Source: Hyphomicrobiales bacterium
GTDB lineage: Bacteria; Pseudomonadota; Alphaproteobacteria; Rhizobiales; Devosiaceae
NCBI GenBank assembly: GCA_026981645.1
Contig: JALSII010000006.1
Span: forward strand, 162,564-226,563
Reading direction: 5' to 3'
DNA: 64,000 nucleotides
Made by a program: the position numbers and the translations under genes. The notes beneath the pieces were generated by a model that was not told the origin of the DNA, did no database searches, and worked only from the letters and a program-made list of their open reading frames with translations. Numbering within the stretch: the stretch's first letter is position 1; every line of letters begins with the position of its first letter. This document shows, one piece after another, positions 46,512 through 56,606 of the stretch.

Positions 46512-47261
46512 CTACCGATGATTGTTCCAGTCACCGATTCCTGCCTGGATGATCGACAAGGCAGCAACGGCGGCAGTATCAGCCCTGAGAATGCGCGGTC
46601 CCAGAGAAATGGGTATCACGAACTTTTGAGCAAGCAGCAGGATACGCTCTTCGTCTGAAAACCCTCCCTCAGGGCCAATCAGCAGGCCAAGCGGTTGACC
46701 GGCAAGCCCGGCAAGCCGCTCGAGGGGAGATGCGGCTGGTGCCGTTTCATCAGCAAAAATCAGCGCGCGCTCGGGCTGCCAGTTTTCAATAAGCAAGGCC
46801 AGCGTGATTTGTGGCAAGAGAGAGGGGACAGCGAGCACTTCGCACTGTTCTGCCGCTTCAACGATATTGGCTCTGAGGCGCTCGGGTTTGAACCTTTTAC
46901 CTTGGGTAAACCGGGTGATGACGGGTTGCAGGGCACTGGCGCCCATTTCGGTGGCCTTTTGCACCATATAATCGAGGCGGGCAGATTTCAGGGGAGCAAA
47001 TCCATACCACAAGTCGCCCGGAACCGGCTGGGACGCTATCTGTTCACAACATTCAAGAGAAATTGACTTTCGGCTGAGTGAGGCAATCCTTGCCAGCCAA
47101 GCCCCGTCGCGTCCGTTGAACAGGATAATTTCATCGCCGGGTTTACGTCTGAGCACGTTGGCCAGATAGTTCACCTGGCCCTTTTCCAGCGAGACCAAAA
47201 CGCCCGGTGCGAGGGCGTTTGATACATACAGGCGCTGGAGCTTTTTGTGGGAGCGCGGCAT
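46512..47261 (-). CDS. rsmE: 16S rRNA (uracil1498-N3)-methyltransferase
   Basis: ATG 47261 gives MPRSHKKLQRLYV... with the PUA-like N-terminus and the SPOUT knot motif LLIGPEGGFSDEE. The track start would overlap ubiA. Confidence 0.88.
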   Translation of the reverse strand: MPRSHKKLQRLYVSNALAPGVLVSLEKGQVNYLANVLRRKPGDEIILFNGRDGAWLARIASLSRKSISLECCEQIASQPVPGDLWYGFAPLKSARLDYMVQKATEMGASALQPVITRFTQGKRFKPERLRANIVEAAEQCEVLAVPSLLPQITLALLIENWQPERALIFADETAPAASPLERLAGLAGQPLGLLIGPEGGFSDEERILLLAQKFVIPISLGPRILRADTAAVAALSIIQAGIGDWNNHR

Positions 47262-47328
47262 GGCGGGTTGACTTCGCTTGGCGAGGGAATAGCGTTCACC
47301 CCAAGGCTTAAACCACAGGACGCACCAT

Positions 47329-48273
47329 ATGCAATCCGACAAAAGTCACAACACCGGGTCAGGCCGGGTTGCAGATGCCCAAAAGGGCAATTGGGTTGAC
47401 CGAGTTGCCCCGGAATTCACCCGCCCCTACCTGCGCCTTTCCCGGCTGGACCGGCCTATCGGTTTCTGGCTTTTATTCTGGCCCTGCGCCATGTCTCTGG
47501 CCCTGGCCAGCGTTGCCCGACCGCCAACAGGGTTTGATCTCAACGCGCTGGTGCTGTTTCTGGCTGGCGCTGTTGCCATGCGGGGTGCCGGTTGCACGTT
47601 CAATGATCTGGTGGACCAGCGCCTGGATGAAAAGGTTGCGCGCACGCGCTCCCGTCCCCTGCCCAGTGGTCAGGTGTCAAGATTGCAGGCCCTGGCTTTT
47701 CTGGGTGTGCAGGCGCTCATCGGGCTTGTGGTCTTATTGCAGTTCAACAGTTTCACAATCTGGCTGGGCATTGCCTCGCTGGGGCTCATTGCCATCTACC
47801 CGTTTATGAAACGCATTACCTGGTGGCCGCAATTGTTCCTCGGACTGGTGTTTTCATGGGGTGCGCTGATGGGCTGGGCTGCCGAATTTGGGCAATTATA
47901 CAAACCCGCCTACCTGCTTTATGCAGGCTCGGTACTATGGATAATCGGCTATGATACGCTCTATGCGTTGCAGGACGTCGAAGATGATGCACTCATCGGC
48001 ATCAAATCCACCGCCCGCCTGTTTGGAAAACATGCTCGAGCCATGGTCGCACTTTTTTATCTGGGGGCTATGGCGCTATTTATCTATGCGGGCTGGTCGG
48101 CCGGGGCGGGCAACCAGTTCCTTCTGGCCAGCCTTGTACCCGCTGCAATTCTGATCTGGCAGGTGGTTACTCTGAAACCAGATGACACTGCCAACTGCCT
48201 GACGCGTTTCAAGGCCAACCACTGGGTGGGGCTGGCCTTGACGCTGGCGTTATGGATAGAGTTTCGTTTTTAG
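47329..48273 (+). CDS. ubiA: 4-hydroxybenzoate polyprenyltransferase
   Basis: 314 aa, polytopic, with NDLVDQRLDEKVARTRSRPLPSG and YDTLYALQDVEDD. Confidence 0.92.
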   Translation: MQSDKSHNTGSGRVADAQKGNWVDRVAPEFTRPYLRLSRLDRPIGFWLLFWPCAMSLALASVARPPTGFDLNALVLFLAGAVAMRGAGCTFNDLVDQRLDEKVARTRSRPLPSGQVSRLQALAFLGVQALIGLVVLLQFNSFTIWLGIASLGLIAIYPFMKRITWWPQLFLGLVFSWGALMGWAAEFGQLYKPAYLLYAGSVLWIIGYDTLYALQDVEDDALIGIKSTARLFGKHARAMVALFYLGAMALFIYAGWSAGAGNQFLLASLVPAAILIWQVVTLKPDDTANCLTRFKANHWVGLALTLALWIEFRF

Positions 48274-48800
48274 CGGACGACCGAAATGCCGGTTTTCCGA
48301 CGGTTGAGAAAGCGAGGTCGCCGGGAGGATTCGTTCACCGTCTTGCGGCGAGCATTGTCCTGACCCAGCATCACCCCGTCAACCTGCTGGCTGTAGGGCA
48401 TCAGGCTGCCATCTCCGGCACGAATAAAAAGTGGCAGGCGCAACTGGCGCCCCCAGTTCTGCCACTCGGCGACGACATCGGTGTTGCCGGTTTCCTCATA
48501 GACCTGATAGTTGAGTTCTGAGTCCTCATGCACCAGTTCAATAGCACTGGTGAGCACACCATCCTCTGAAATTCGAGTAGCTACAGCAACGCCAATATAC
48601 TCGGCAACAGGCACCTTGATTTTTATCTCAACGCCGCTCTTGTCGAGTTTTTTGCGCAATGTAACTGTTTTGATTGGCTCCCGGGCCCGGTCGCCGGGTG
48701 TAAAGTCGTCATTTGCTGCACGCAAGAGGGGCACCTTGCTGCTGCCCGTCTTGCCAAACATAATGACGTTTGAGCCCTGCGCTCCAACACCATAATCCAT
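48270..48800 (-). CDS. conserved-looking hypothetical protein (possibly the DUF6101 family; uncertain recollection)
   Basis: 176-aa ORF with coding-like composition, no TM segment and no motif I can assign. Its 3' end overlaps the ubiA stop by 4 nt. Confidence 0.55.
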   Translation of the reverse strand: MDYGVGAQGSNVIMFGKTGSSKVPLLRAANDDFTPGDRAREPIKTVTLRKKLDKSGVEIKIKVPVAEYIGVAVATRISEDGVLTSAIELVHEDSELNYQVYEETGNTDVVAEWQNWGRQLRLPLFIRAGDGSLMPYSQQVDGVMLGQDNARRKTVNESSRRPRFLNRRKTGISVVR

Positions 48801-49068
48801 AATATTGCCTCACTGTTAACTCCGAGAACATCTTTTTTTTCGTGCTCTCTGGTGGGAGCAACCTAGCGTTTGCATCCTCAGATCAGTTTAAGAAAGTGGG
48901 TTAAATTTTCCTTGTTTTGAAAAGGGTTAGTACTCTGTCACCGGGTGTAACAGCCGGTTAACCCACAGGGCCGCCTTGCCAGAGGCGCGGGGCTGACATA
49001 GGAAGGTCCTTCATCTCAAGAAAAGCGCCGATTCAGCCCGCAAACAGGGCTTTTATCCTAAAACACAC

Positions 49069-49914
49069 ATGCAGCAAAAAGAAGCCATCAGCCAGAATCC
49101 GGATATCGAGCTGTTGCGATCAGCAGCGGTGGCAGCCGGTATTGTGGCGCTCGGCTACTTTCGCCGTGATGTCAAAACCTGGGCGAAAGAAAATACTTCT
49201 CCGGTAACCGAAGCTGATTACCTGGTGGACGAACTCTTACATACCAGCCTGATGGGCGCGCGGCCTGACTATGGCTGGCTAAGCGAGGAAACCATGGACG
49301 ATGCGCATCGGCTTGGCAAAAAGCGCATATTTGTGGTCGACCCCATTGACGGCACACGCGGATTTATCCGGGGTGAAGACAGTTGGACTATCTGTATGGC
49401 TGTCGTTGAAAATGGCGCGGCTATTACAGGCGTTATCTATGCCCCGGCCCGCAATGAGCTTTATGAAGCTGCCCTTGGGGAAGGAGCAAAACTCAACGGT
49501 ATGCCTTTGGTTCGTCCCTCCGGCCCGAACAAAGTGCCTCTCATCCCCACGCCGGGCGCGATTCACAAGGAGTTGGAAGCCGCCAGGTTTGACTATGTGC
49601 GTGGCCCCGCCCTGCCTTCACTGGCCTATCGTCTGGTGCAGGTGGCAACCGGCGCTCTTGACGGAGCAGTGGCACGGCGCGGGGCACAGGACTGGGATAT
49701 TGCGGCGGCGGCCATCATCCTTTCGGAGTGCGGGCTGGAACTGGAAGATGTATGTGTGGGCCAGCCTGAATTTAATCGTGCCGAATTGCGCCATGGCGCG
49801 CTTGCTGTCTTGAACAACCCTTCCATGAAACCTTTGGTGCACGAAGCGCTGATAAAGGTTTATGGCTGCCCTCAACCTGAAACCCCATCAACCCACGGAG
49901 AACAATCCACATGA
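49069..49914 (+). CDS. inositol monophosphatase-family phosphatase (IMPase/CysQ-like)
   Basis: Metal-binding motifs WLSEET and FVVDPIDGTRGF, plus a later DWDIAAA. Confidence 0.85.
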   Translation: MQQKEAISQNPDIELLRSAAVAAGIVALGYFRRDVKTWAKENTSPVTEADYLVDELLHTSLMGARPDYGWLSEETMDDAHRLGKKRIFVVDPIDGTRGFIRGEDSWTICMAVVENGAAITGVIYAPARNELYEAALGEGAKLNGMPLVRPSGPNKVPLIPTPGAIHKELEAARFDYVRGPALPSLAYRLVQVATGALDGAVARRGAQDWDIAAAAIILSECGLELEDVCVGQPEFNRAELRHGALAVLNNPSMKPLVHEALIKVYGCPQPETPSTHGEQST

Positions 49915-50159
49915 ATGAAAAACCATCCAAGCAATTGCTGCATCTGGTCATTGGCGGTGAACTGTCTGATCTCGAGGGTGTTGAGTTTTCAGATCTGGAC
50001 GCAGTGGATATTGTGGGAGTTTATCCCAATTACGCCGCCGCTTACGATGTCTGGAAACAAAAAGCGCAGAGCTCCGTCGACAATGCCCACATGCGCTATT
50101 TCATTGTCCACATGCACCGCCTGATGGACCCTGAAGCTGCGCCGGGCGACGACCACTAG
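49911..50159 (+). CDS. DUF4170-domain protein
   Basis: 82 aa with LLHLVIGGEL...DIVGVYPNYAAAYDVWKQKAQSSVDNAHMRYFIVHMHRLMDP. A 4-nt overlap with the upstream gene suggests translational coupling. Confidence 0.65.
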   Translation: MNEKPSKQLLHLVIGGELSDLEGVEFSDLDAVDIVGVYPNYAAAYDVWKQKAQSSVDNAHMRYFIVHMHRLMDPEAAPGDDH

Positions 50160-50169
50160 AGCCTTTCAT

Positions 50170-50248
50170 GTTTTGATAGAATCAAAACAAAAGCCCTAAA
50201 TCTTTGTTTTGTCGCGTTTTCGAACCGGATAACCGCACACACTTATCC
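50170..50248. repeat. two inverted repeats in the convergent intergenic region (GTTTTGAT-AGA-ATCAAAAC and GGATAA-N10-TTATCC)
   Basis: Read directly at 50170-50188 and 50227-50248. Confidence 0.7.
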
Positions 50249-50263
50249 TGAAAACACTCTAAC

Positions 50264-50479
50264 TCAATCCTTCTGATTGAGGTAGGCTTTGTAAGCTGCA
50301 TCAGCGTCGACATAGGCCTCCTGCCTGTCGACGCTCCAATATTTCAGCTCATCCATGGCAATGGTTTGCCTGGTAATTGCGCAGCGCACGAACGTGCCGG
50401 GGCTTATCACCACATAGTCCGCGTCCATATAGCGGACTTTGGCTTCGCTGGGGTTAAATCCGGGATCCAGAATATTCAT
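50264..50479 (-). CDS. DUF2093-domain protein
   Basis: 71 aa with AKVRYMDADYVVISPGTFVRCAITRQTIAMDELKYWSVDRQEAYVDA. Confidence 0.62.
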   Translation of the reverse strand: MNILDPGFNPSEAKVRYMDADYVVISPGTFVRCAITRQTIAMDELKYWSVDRQEAYVDADAAYKAYLNQKD

Positions 50480-50524
50480 GTCTTACATGGTGCCTGCTTG
50501 CTGGCGTGAAGCCTCATCAATACG

Positions 50525-51961
50525 TCAAAACAAATCAGCTTGTCCATTGTCTGGCGGCGCTGAAGATTTTTTTGGCTTTTTGGGCTTTAGTGGGGGAGCA
50601 GCAGCCGACCCGGAAATAGTTGCCTCTTTATCCCCATCAGCAAATTTCAGGCTCACTCTGTCTCCTGCCCCGAGCACAGAAGCTGAGCGAACCAGCTTTC
50701 CCTGAGCATCGCTGACCAACGCAAAACCACGGGCGAGTACATTGCGATAACCCAGCGAGTTGGCCAGTTGCCAGCTCTGCTCCAGCTGTTGACGTTTGGC
50801 GCCAAGGGTGCGCAGAATTGCCGCCTGAAGCGGCAACGCTTCAATCCGGGCGCGATGGCTTGAAATCGTCTGAAGCAGCACCCGCCGGTTGAGGCGGGGG
50901 GCAAGTTGGGCAAGTTGCAGGGCTTTTTTCTGCCGGGCCCGGCCCAGCGCTGCGGCCAGCCTGGTTTGTGCGATATCGAGCCGCTGGCGGGCTTCTGCAA
51001 GAATTTCTGCAGGCCGGGGCAGCCCGGCCGCGCTGGCGCGCAAGCCGTCTCGGGCGCGGGCGACAATTCGCCGGGCTGAAGTTCGTTGCCGGGTGCCCAG
51101 ATCATCGACATAGGCGATGAGTTCGGAGCGGACCGGAACCGCCATTTCCGCAGCTCCCGTCGGGGTCGGCGCGCGTTTGTCCGCGGCAAAATCAGCCAGA
51201 GAGGTATCGGTTTCATGGCCGATGGCGGAGATAATGGGGATAGAGCTTTCCGAAATGGCCCTGACCACCGCTTCTTCGTTAAAGCCCCACAGGTCCTCAA
51301 CCGAACCTCCGCCACGGGCAACGATTATCAGGTCCGGGCGGGGGATGTTTCCCTCCGGGGGCAGCATGTTGAATCCTTCAACCGCTGCGGCGACCTCGGG
51401 GGCGCAGGCCTCCCCCTGCACACGAACCGGCCAGACAATGACATGGGTGGGGAAACGGTCGGCCAGGCGATGCAGAATATCGCGGATAACCGCACCGCTG
51501 GGCGAAGTTACAACTCCAATCACCCGGGGCAGATAGGGCAGGTCCTGTTTATGTTCAGCATCAAACAGGCCTTCGGCGGCAAGTTTCTTGCGCCGCTCTT
51601 CGAGCAGGGCCATCAGGGCACCCGCACCGGCGGGCTCGACATTTTCCACAATGATCTGATATTTGGACTGGCCGGGAAACGTGGTCATGCGTCCGGTGAC
51701 AATCACTTCCAGCCCCTGCTCGGGCTGAAAGCGCCAGCGCGAGGCGACCCCTTTCCAGGCCACAGTGGAAATCACCGCCTTGTCGTCCTTGAGGTCAAAA
51801 TATATGTGCCCGGATGCCGGTCGGGAAAGGCGCCCGACCTCGCCGCGCACCCGCACATGGCCAAATTCATCCTCAACCGCGCGCTTTACCGACTGGGACA
51901 GTTCCGAAACAGTAAACTCGTGGGCGTTGCTCTGAGGCGTTTCTGTTGGCTCATTCATCAT
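50525..51961 (-). CDS. xseA: exodeoxyribonuclease VII large subunit
   Basis: OB-fold N-terminus [27 protein letters not shown], a catalytic core ([31 protein letters not shown]) and a coiled-coil C-terminus. The first ATG pair at 51961/51958 is used; the track start would reach purD. Confidence 0.92.
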   Translation of the reverse strand: MMNEPTETPQSNAHEFTVSELSQSVKRAVEDEFGHVRVRGEVGRLSRPASGHIYFDLKDDKAVISTVAWKGVASRWRFQPEQGLEVIVTGRMTTFPGQSKYQIIVENVEPAGAGALMALLEERRKKLAAEGLFDAEHKQDLPYLPRVIGVVTSPSGAVIRDILHRLADRFPTHVIVWPVRVQGEACAPEVAAAVEGFNMLPPEGNIPRPDLIIVARGGGSVEDLWGFNEEAVVRAISESSIPIISAIGHETDTSLADFAADKRAPTPTGAAEMAVPVRSELIAYVDDLGTRQRTSARRIVARARDGLRASAAGLPRPAEILAEARQRLDIAQTRLAAALGRARQKKALQLAQLAPRLNRRVLLQTISSHRARIEALPLQAAILRTLGAKRQQLEQSWQLANSLGYRNVLARGFALVSDAQGKLVRSASVLGAGDRVSLKFADGDKEATISGSAAAPPLKPKKPKKSSAPPDNGQADLF

Positions 51962-52059
51962 TGAAAAATGCGCAGGCATCTCTCTCGCGTCAAGGGGCTG
52001 GCCGGGGTTGGACACAAATGATAGAGCGCGGAGAGCTGGCAAAGAGGGAGATTCGCCCA

Positions 52060-53340
52060 ATGAAAGTTCTGCTTATCGGTTCAGGCGGACGCGAACATGC
52101 GCTGGCCTTCAAGCTTGCCGCCTCTGCTCGACTATCCCATCTTTACATTGCGCCGGGAAATGGAGGCACCGGCGAGTTTGGCGAGAATATCGCTCTGAAT
52201 ATCAGCGACCATGCAGAAATTATTGCGTTCTGCACGACCCAGAAAATTGGTCTGGTGGTGGTGGGACCCGAAGCGCCCCTGGTCGCGGGGCTTGCCGACG
52301 ATTTGCGCGAAGCGGGCTTTAACGTGTTCGGGCCCTCAAAAGCTGCGGCGCAACTTGAGGGCTCCAAGAGTTTCACCAAGACCCTGTGCGACGAAATGAA
52401 CATCCCCACGGCTGATTATTCCCGCTTTGACAATGTTGAAGAAGCGCTGGCCCATGTCCGGGAGCATGGCGCACCGATCGTGGTCAAGGCCGATGGTCTG
52501 GCGGCGGGCAAAGGGGTCACGGTGGCCCAAACTCTGGAACAGGCTGAAAGCGCAGTATGTACGTGTTTTTCCGGCGCGTTCGGCGAAGCGGGTGCCGAGG
52601 TGGTCATCGAAGAGTGCCTCACCGGCGAAGAGGTTTCTGTCTTTGCCATCTCGGATGGAGAACGTTTTGTCACGCTGGCCAGCGCCCAGGACCACAAGCA
52701 GGCGTTTGATGGCGACAAGGGCCCCAATACCGGGGGCATGGGAGCCTATTCCCCGGCCCCGGCGATGACGACTGAATTGCTGGCCCGGGTGGAACGCGAA
52801 ATAGTTGCCCCCACCCTTGTCGGCATGGCCAGGCGCGGCACGCCTTTTTCCGGGGTTTTGTTTGCCGGGCTGATGCTGACCGAGGACGGCCCCAAACTGA
52901 TTGAACACAATGTCAGATTTGGCGACCCGGAATGTCAGGTGTTGATGATGCGGCTGAAGTCAGACCTGCTGGAATTGCTGCTTGCCTCAGCCAGAGGCGA
53001 CATTTCAGACATTACACCTGAGTGGCGCGATGAGGCGGCGCTTTGTGTGGTGATGGCAGCCAGGGGCTATCCCGGTGCTTACCAAAAAGGCGAAGTCATC
53101 TCTGGTCTTGAAAAGGCACAAAGCGAAAGCGTTCGTATTTTTCACGCGGGCACGCGGCGGGAAGATGGACGGGCGCTGGCCGCTGGCGGGCGCGTGCTTG
53201 GTGTTACAGCACTTGGCCCAACAATCACCGAAGCGCAGTCAGCCACCTACAAAGCAATCGACAATATAGACTGGCCGGGGGGATTTTGCCGCCGTGACAT
53301 AGGCTGGCGGGCGATTGAAGCGGAGAAAGAAAACTCTTAA
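52060..53340 (+). CDS. purD: phosphoribosylamine--glycine ligase
   Basis: ATG 52060 gives [20 protein letters not shown], with an ATP-grasp core ([13 protein letters not shown]) and HAGT near the C-terminus. Confidence 0.96.
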   Translation: MKVLLIGSGGREHALAFKLAASARLSHLYIAPGNGGTGEFGENIALNISDHAEIIAFCTTQKIGLVVVGPEAPLVAGLADDLREAGFNVFGPSKAAAQLEGSKSFTKTLCDEMNIPTADYSRFDNVEEALAHVREHGAPIVVKADGLAAGKGVTVAQTLEQAESAVCTCFSGAFGEAGAEVVIEECLTGEEVSVFAISDGERFVTLASAQDHKQAFDGDKGPNTGGMGAYSPAPAMTTELLARVEREIVAPTLVGMARRGTPFSGVLFAGLMLTEDGPKLIEHNVRFGDPECQVLMMRLKSDLLELLLASARGDISDITPEWRDEAALCVVMAARGYPGAYQKGEVISGLEKAQSESVRIFHAGTRREDGRALAAGGRVLGVTALGPTITEAQSATYKAIDNIDWPGGFCRRDIGWRAIEAEKENS

Positions 53341-53424
53341 ATCTCTTGGCGTTGCAACTGCGCTGTGGCGATGCCCCACTCATGCAACAATCCAGCTCAA
53401 TACTCTGTTCAGGAGGCATAAAAG

Positions 53425-54288
53425 ATGACCGGAATTTCCGGACCCAAAATCGGTGTGGCCCTGGGTGGGGGGGCGGCGCGCGGGCTGACCCATATCCCGT
53501 TCATCGAAGCCATGGACGAGATGGGGCTGAAACCGAGCATCATTGCGGGCACTTCCATCGGTGCGCTGCTGGGTGCGGGCTGGGCCGGGGGCCTGAGCGG
53601 CAGTGAAATCCGCGAATATGCCTATGATTATCTGGGGTCCATGCGCACCATTATGGGGCGCATCTGGTCGACCCGGCTGCGCAATTTGACCTCTGCTTTC
53701 CGCAAAGGTCTTTCCATGCAGCTTGATGCGGTTGAGGTCATCGAGTCGTTCATTCCCGAAAACCTGCCCAAAACCTTCTCAGAGCTTGATGTTCCCTTAC
53801 ACATCGTTGCCACGGATTTTCGCAACTGGCATCAGGTGGTGTTCAGGGATGGGGAACTGGTGCCCGCCATTGCTGCGTCAATTGCCATCCCCAGCTTTTT
53901 CAAGCCTGTGCCGCTGGACGACCGGCTGCTTATCGATGGCAACGTAGTCAATCCGCTGCCGCTGGACGTGGCCTCGCGGGATGTGGATATTCTCGTTGGC
54001 GTCGATGTCAACGGCTCGCCCGAAAATGGGGAGCTGAAGGACAACCCCTCGCTGATTGATGTGGGGCTTGGCTCTGCCCAAATCATGATGCACGGGCTGA
54101 TTGCCCATTCTCTGGCCGCTTTTCCGCCCGATATTTATGTGCGGCCCCATGTCAAATCTTTTGGAGCGATGGAGTTCTGGCGGGTCAAGGAAATCGTTGA
54201 GAGTGGTGACAAGGACAAGGAGCGCTTCAAGCGCATGCTGGCAAAAGCGGTTGAAGCGTTTATCGTCGGGCAGCAAAAAACTTCCTGA
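53425..54288 (+). CDS. patatin-like phospholipase
   Basis: Oxyanion GGGAARG, nucleophile elbow GTSIG and catalytic Asp in LIDGNVVNP. Confidence 0.88.
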   Translation: MTGISGPKIGVALGGGAARGLTHIPFIEAMDEMGLKPSIIAGTSIGALLGAGWAGGLSGSEIREYAYDYLGSMRTIMGRIWSTRLRNLTSAFRKGLSMQLDAVEVIESFIPENLPKTFSELDVPLHIVATDFRNWHQVVFRDGELVPAIAASIAIPSFFKPVPLDDRLLIDGNVVNPLPLDVASRDVDILVGVDVNGSPENGELKDNPSLIDVGLGSAQIMMHGLIAHSLAAFPPDIYVRPHVKSFGAMEFWRVKEIVESGDKDKERFKRMLAKAVEAFIVGQQKTS

Positions 54289-54712
54289 GAAGTTCAGCCG
54301 ACTTTTCAGCGCCAATGCCGGAGATGACTTCGGGGCGGTGATTGCAGCTTTTTGAGTCAAAGAATCGCACGCCGTTTTCAACGGCCCCGGCCTTTTTGTC
54401 CTCGGCCCCGAAATACAGGCGGCGCAGGCGCGCATGGGCGATGGCTCCAGCGCACATGGTGCAGGGCTCAAGCGTGACATAGAGGTCGCACCCGGTCAGG
54501 CGGCCGGTGCCAAGAATTTCCAAAGCCTGCCGGATGGCCAGCATTTCAGCATGGGCAGTGGCGTCGCCGCTTGCATCCATGCGATTGGCTGAAGTGGCAA
54601 TTATCTTGCCATCAGCTACGATTACAGCGCCCACCGGCACCTCCCCGGCACAGGCTGCCTGCTCGGCGGCGATGAGGGCGTGCTGCATTGGTGTGAGCGG
54701 GGTTTGTTCCAT
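54260..54712 (-). CDS. tadA: tRNA adenosine(34) deaminase
   Basis: Zinc motifs HAEMLAIRQA and PCTMCAGAI. ATG 54712 gives a 150-aa protein. Its 3' end overlaps the patatin gene 3' end by 29 nt (convergent). Confidence 0.9.
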   Translation of the reverse strand: MEQTPLTPMQHALIAAEQAACAGEVPVGAVIVADGKIIATSANRMDASGDATAHAEMLAIRQALEILGTGRLTGCDLYVTLEPCTMCAGAIAHARLRRLYFGAEDKKAGAVENGVRFFDSKSCNHRPEVISGIGAEKSAELLRKFFAARR

Positions 54713-54802
54713 ATCTGCTTCAATAGCAGACGAATTACGTATTGTTGAGAGGTGCATTCCTTTTAGGGATGGGTAAACTTGCCCGCAAGGAGAATCAGTT
54801 CC

Positions 54803-56584
54803 ATGTCCATTCGCCGCCTGCCCGATGACCTGGTCAACCGCATTGCGGCGGGCGAAGTGGTGGAACGCCCGGCCAGCGTCATCAAGGAGCTGGTGGAAAA
54901 CGCCATTGATGCGGGCTCAACAAAAATCACTGTCACCACCGCTGCGGGCGGAAAAACCCTGATGCGGGTGACCGATGACGGGCATGGCATGAACAGGGAA
55001 GATCTGGCCCTGAGCATTGAACGGCATGCGACCTCCAAGCTTGAGGATGACGGGCTTTTGCGCATCAATACTCTTGGCTTTCGCGGCGAGGCGCTGGCTT
55101 CCATCGGCTCGGTGTCAGACCTTTTGATCCGTTCGCGCCCGCAGGGTCAGGAAACAGGAATGGAGTTGAGCCTTAAGCGCGGCTTCCTCAATGCTCCGCG
55201 TCCGACCCCGATGAACAAGGGCACGATTGTTGAAGTGGAAAACCTGTTCGCCTCGATCCCTGCGCGGCTGAAATTCCTTAAAAGCGACAGGGCCGAAACC
55301 GGGGCCATCACCGATATTGTGCGGCGGCTGGCCATGGCAAATCCGCAAATTCACTTCGTTCTGGAGGGGGCCGACCGGCAGACCAGCAACTGGCCCGCGC
55401 AAACCGGACCCGATGCACAACTCGCCCGGCTCGGGCAAATCATGGGGGGCGAGTTTGCACAAAACTGCGTGCCTGTTGCCAACTCGCGCCACGGGGTGGT
55501 GGTAACTGGCTTGGCCGGTCTGCCCACCTTCACCCGCGCCAACTCGCTTCACCAGTTCTTTTTTGTCAACGGGCGTTCGGTGCGCGACAAAACCCTGTTC
55601 GGGGCGGTGCGGGCGGCCTATTCGGATTTTGTCTTTCGTGACAGGTTTCCGGTGGTGGCGCTTTCACTGGCCATTGATCCCGCTGAAGTCGACGTTAACG
55701 TGCATCCGGCAAAAACCGAATTGCGGTTTCGTGATGCTGGTGCTGTACGCTCGGCGGTAATCGCAGCAATCGGAATTGCGCTCAATGAGGCGGGATTTCG
55801 CGCCTCCTCCCATGTGGGAGAGGCAACGGTTTCCGCCTTCAGGCCGGGGGGTGAAGCTGCCCGCTCCCCCTATGCTCGGCCGGAGCGGGAAAGGCTGAGT
55901 CCGACATTCCAACACCCTTATGGAACAGATTCTCCAACAATCGAAGGTCTGTCCGAACCCAGCGCGCGGTTTGAAGGCGCGACCGAACCGGAACCGGAAG
56001 GGGAATATCCCCTGGGCAGCGCGCGAGCGCAATTGTTCAAGAATTTCATCGTTGCGCAATCCGAGGATGCATTACTTTTGATCGACCAGCATGCAGCCCA
56101 CGAACGGCTGGTTTATGAAAAATTCAAGGCCGAGCTGGCCGCCGGGCAGGTCAATGCGCAAGCGCAGTTGATCCCGGTCATTGTTGAAATGCCGGAAGAG
56201 GATTGCGCCCGGCTTGAAGAGGCTGCGCCAGCGCTTTCAAAGCTGGGGCTTGGCATTGAACGCTTTGGGCCGCGCGCAATCGCGGTGCAGGAAACTCCGG
56301 CTATTCTGGGCAATAGCGACGTCACCATTCTCATTCGGGATCTGGCCGATGGCCTGGCCGAGATGGATGAAATTGATGTGCTCAGCGAACGCATGGAAGC
56401 GATAATCGGGCGCATGGCCTGCCATGGTTCGGTGCGCTCAGGGCGCGTTTTGCGGGTCGATGAAATGAATGCCCTGCTCAGGGAGATGGAGGTCACCCCC
56501 CATTCAGGCCAGTGCATTCACGGGCGGCCCACCTATGTGGAACTCAAACTGAGCGATATTGAGCGCCTGTTCGGACGCGCTTGA
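54803..56584 (+). CDS. mutL: DNA mismatch repair protein MutL
   Basis: ATG 54803 gives MSIRRLPDDLVNRIAAGEVVERPASVIKELVENAIDAG (GHKL ATPase). The C-terminal dimerisation/endonuclease region contains ACHGSVRSG. Confidence 0.95.
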   Translation: MSIRRLPDDLVNRIAAGEVVERPASVIKELVENAIDAGSTKITVTTAAGGKTLMRVTDDGHGMNREDLALSIERHATSKLEDDGLLRINTLGFRGEALASIGSVSDLLIRSRPQGQETGMELSLKRGFLNAPRPTPMNKGTIVEVENLFASIPARLKFLKSDRAETGAITDIVRRLAMANPQIHFVLEGADRQTSNWPAQTGPDAQLARLGQIMGGEFAQNCVPVANSRHGVVVTGLAGLPTFTRANSLHQFFFVNGRSVRDKTLFGAVRAAYSDFVFRDRFPVVALSLAIDPAEVDVNVHPAKTELRFRDAGAVRSAVIAAIGIALNEAGFRASSHVGEATVSAFRPGGEAARSPYARPERERLSPTFQHPYGTDSPTIEGLSEPSARFEGATEPEPEGEYPLGSARAQLFKNFIVAQSEDALLLIDQHAAHERLVYEKFKAELAAGQVNAQAQLIPVIVEMPEEDCARLEEAAPALSKLGLGIERFGPRAIAVQETPAILGNSDVTILIRDLADGLAEMDEIDVLSERMEAIIGRMACHGSVRSGRVLRVDEMNALLREMEVTPHSGQCIHGRPTYVELKLSDIERLFGRA

Positions 56585-56606
56585 GCCGTGTTCCACAATT
56601 GTGGAG

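Noticed and set aside
48880-48960. TTAA...TTAA motifs as CtrA boxes
   Set aside because: The spacing between TTAA elements is 9 nt, not 7. They are kept only as a comment in the intergenic-region finding.
51086-51964. 292-aa plus-strand ORF
   Set aside because: It is antisense to xseA. The translation is low-complexity and Arg/Gly-rich with no recognisable domain, so it is a shadow ORF.
54260-54288. 29-nt overlap of the 3' ends of the convergent patatin and tadA genes (and similar 0-4-nt convergences at 5562/5563 and 48270-48273)
   Set aside because: Both reading frames are fixed by their stop codons and both C-termini look natural. Such overlaps are common in compact genomes and I see no structure suggesting a special function.
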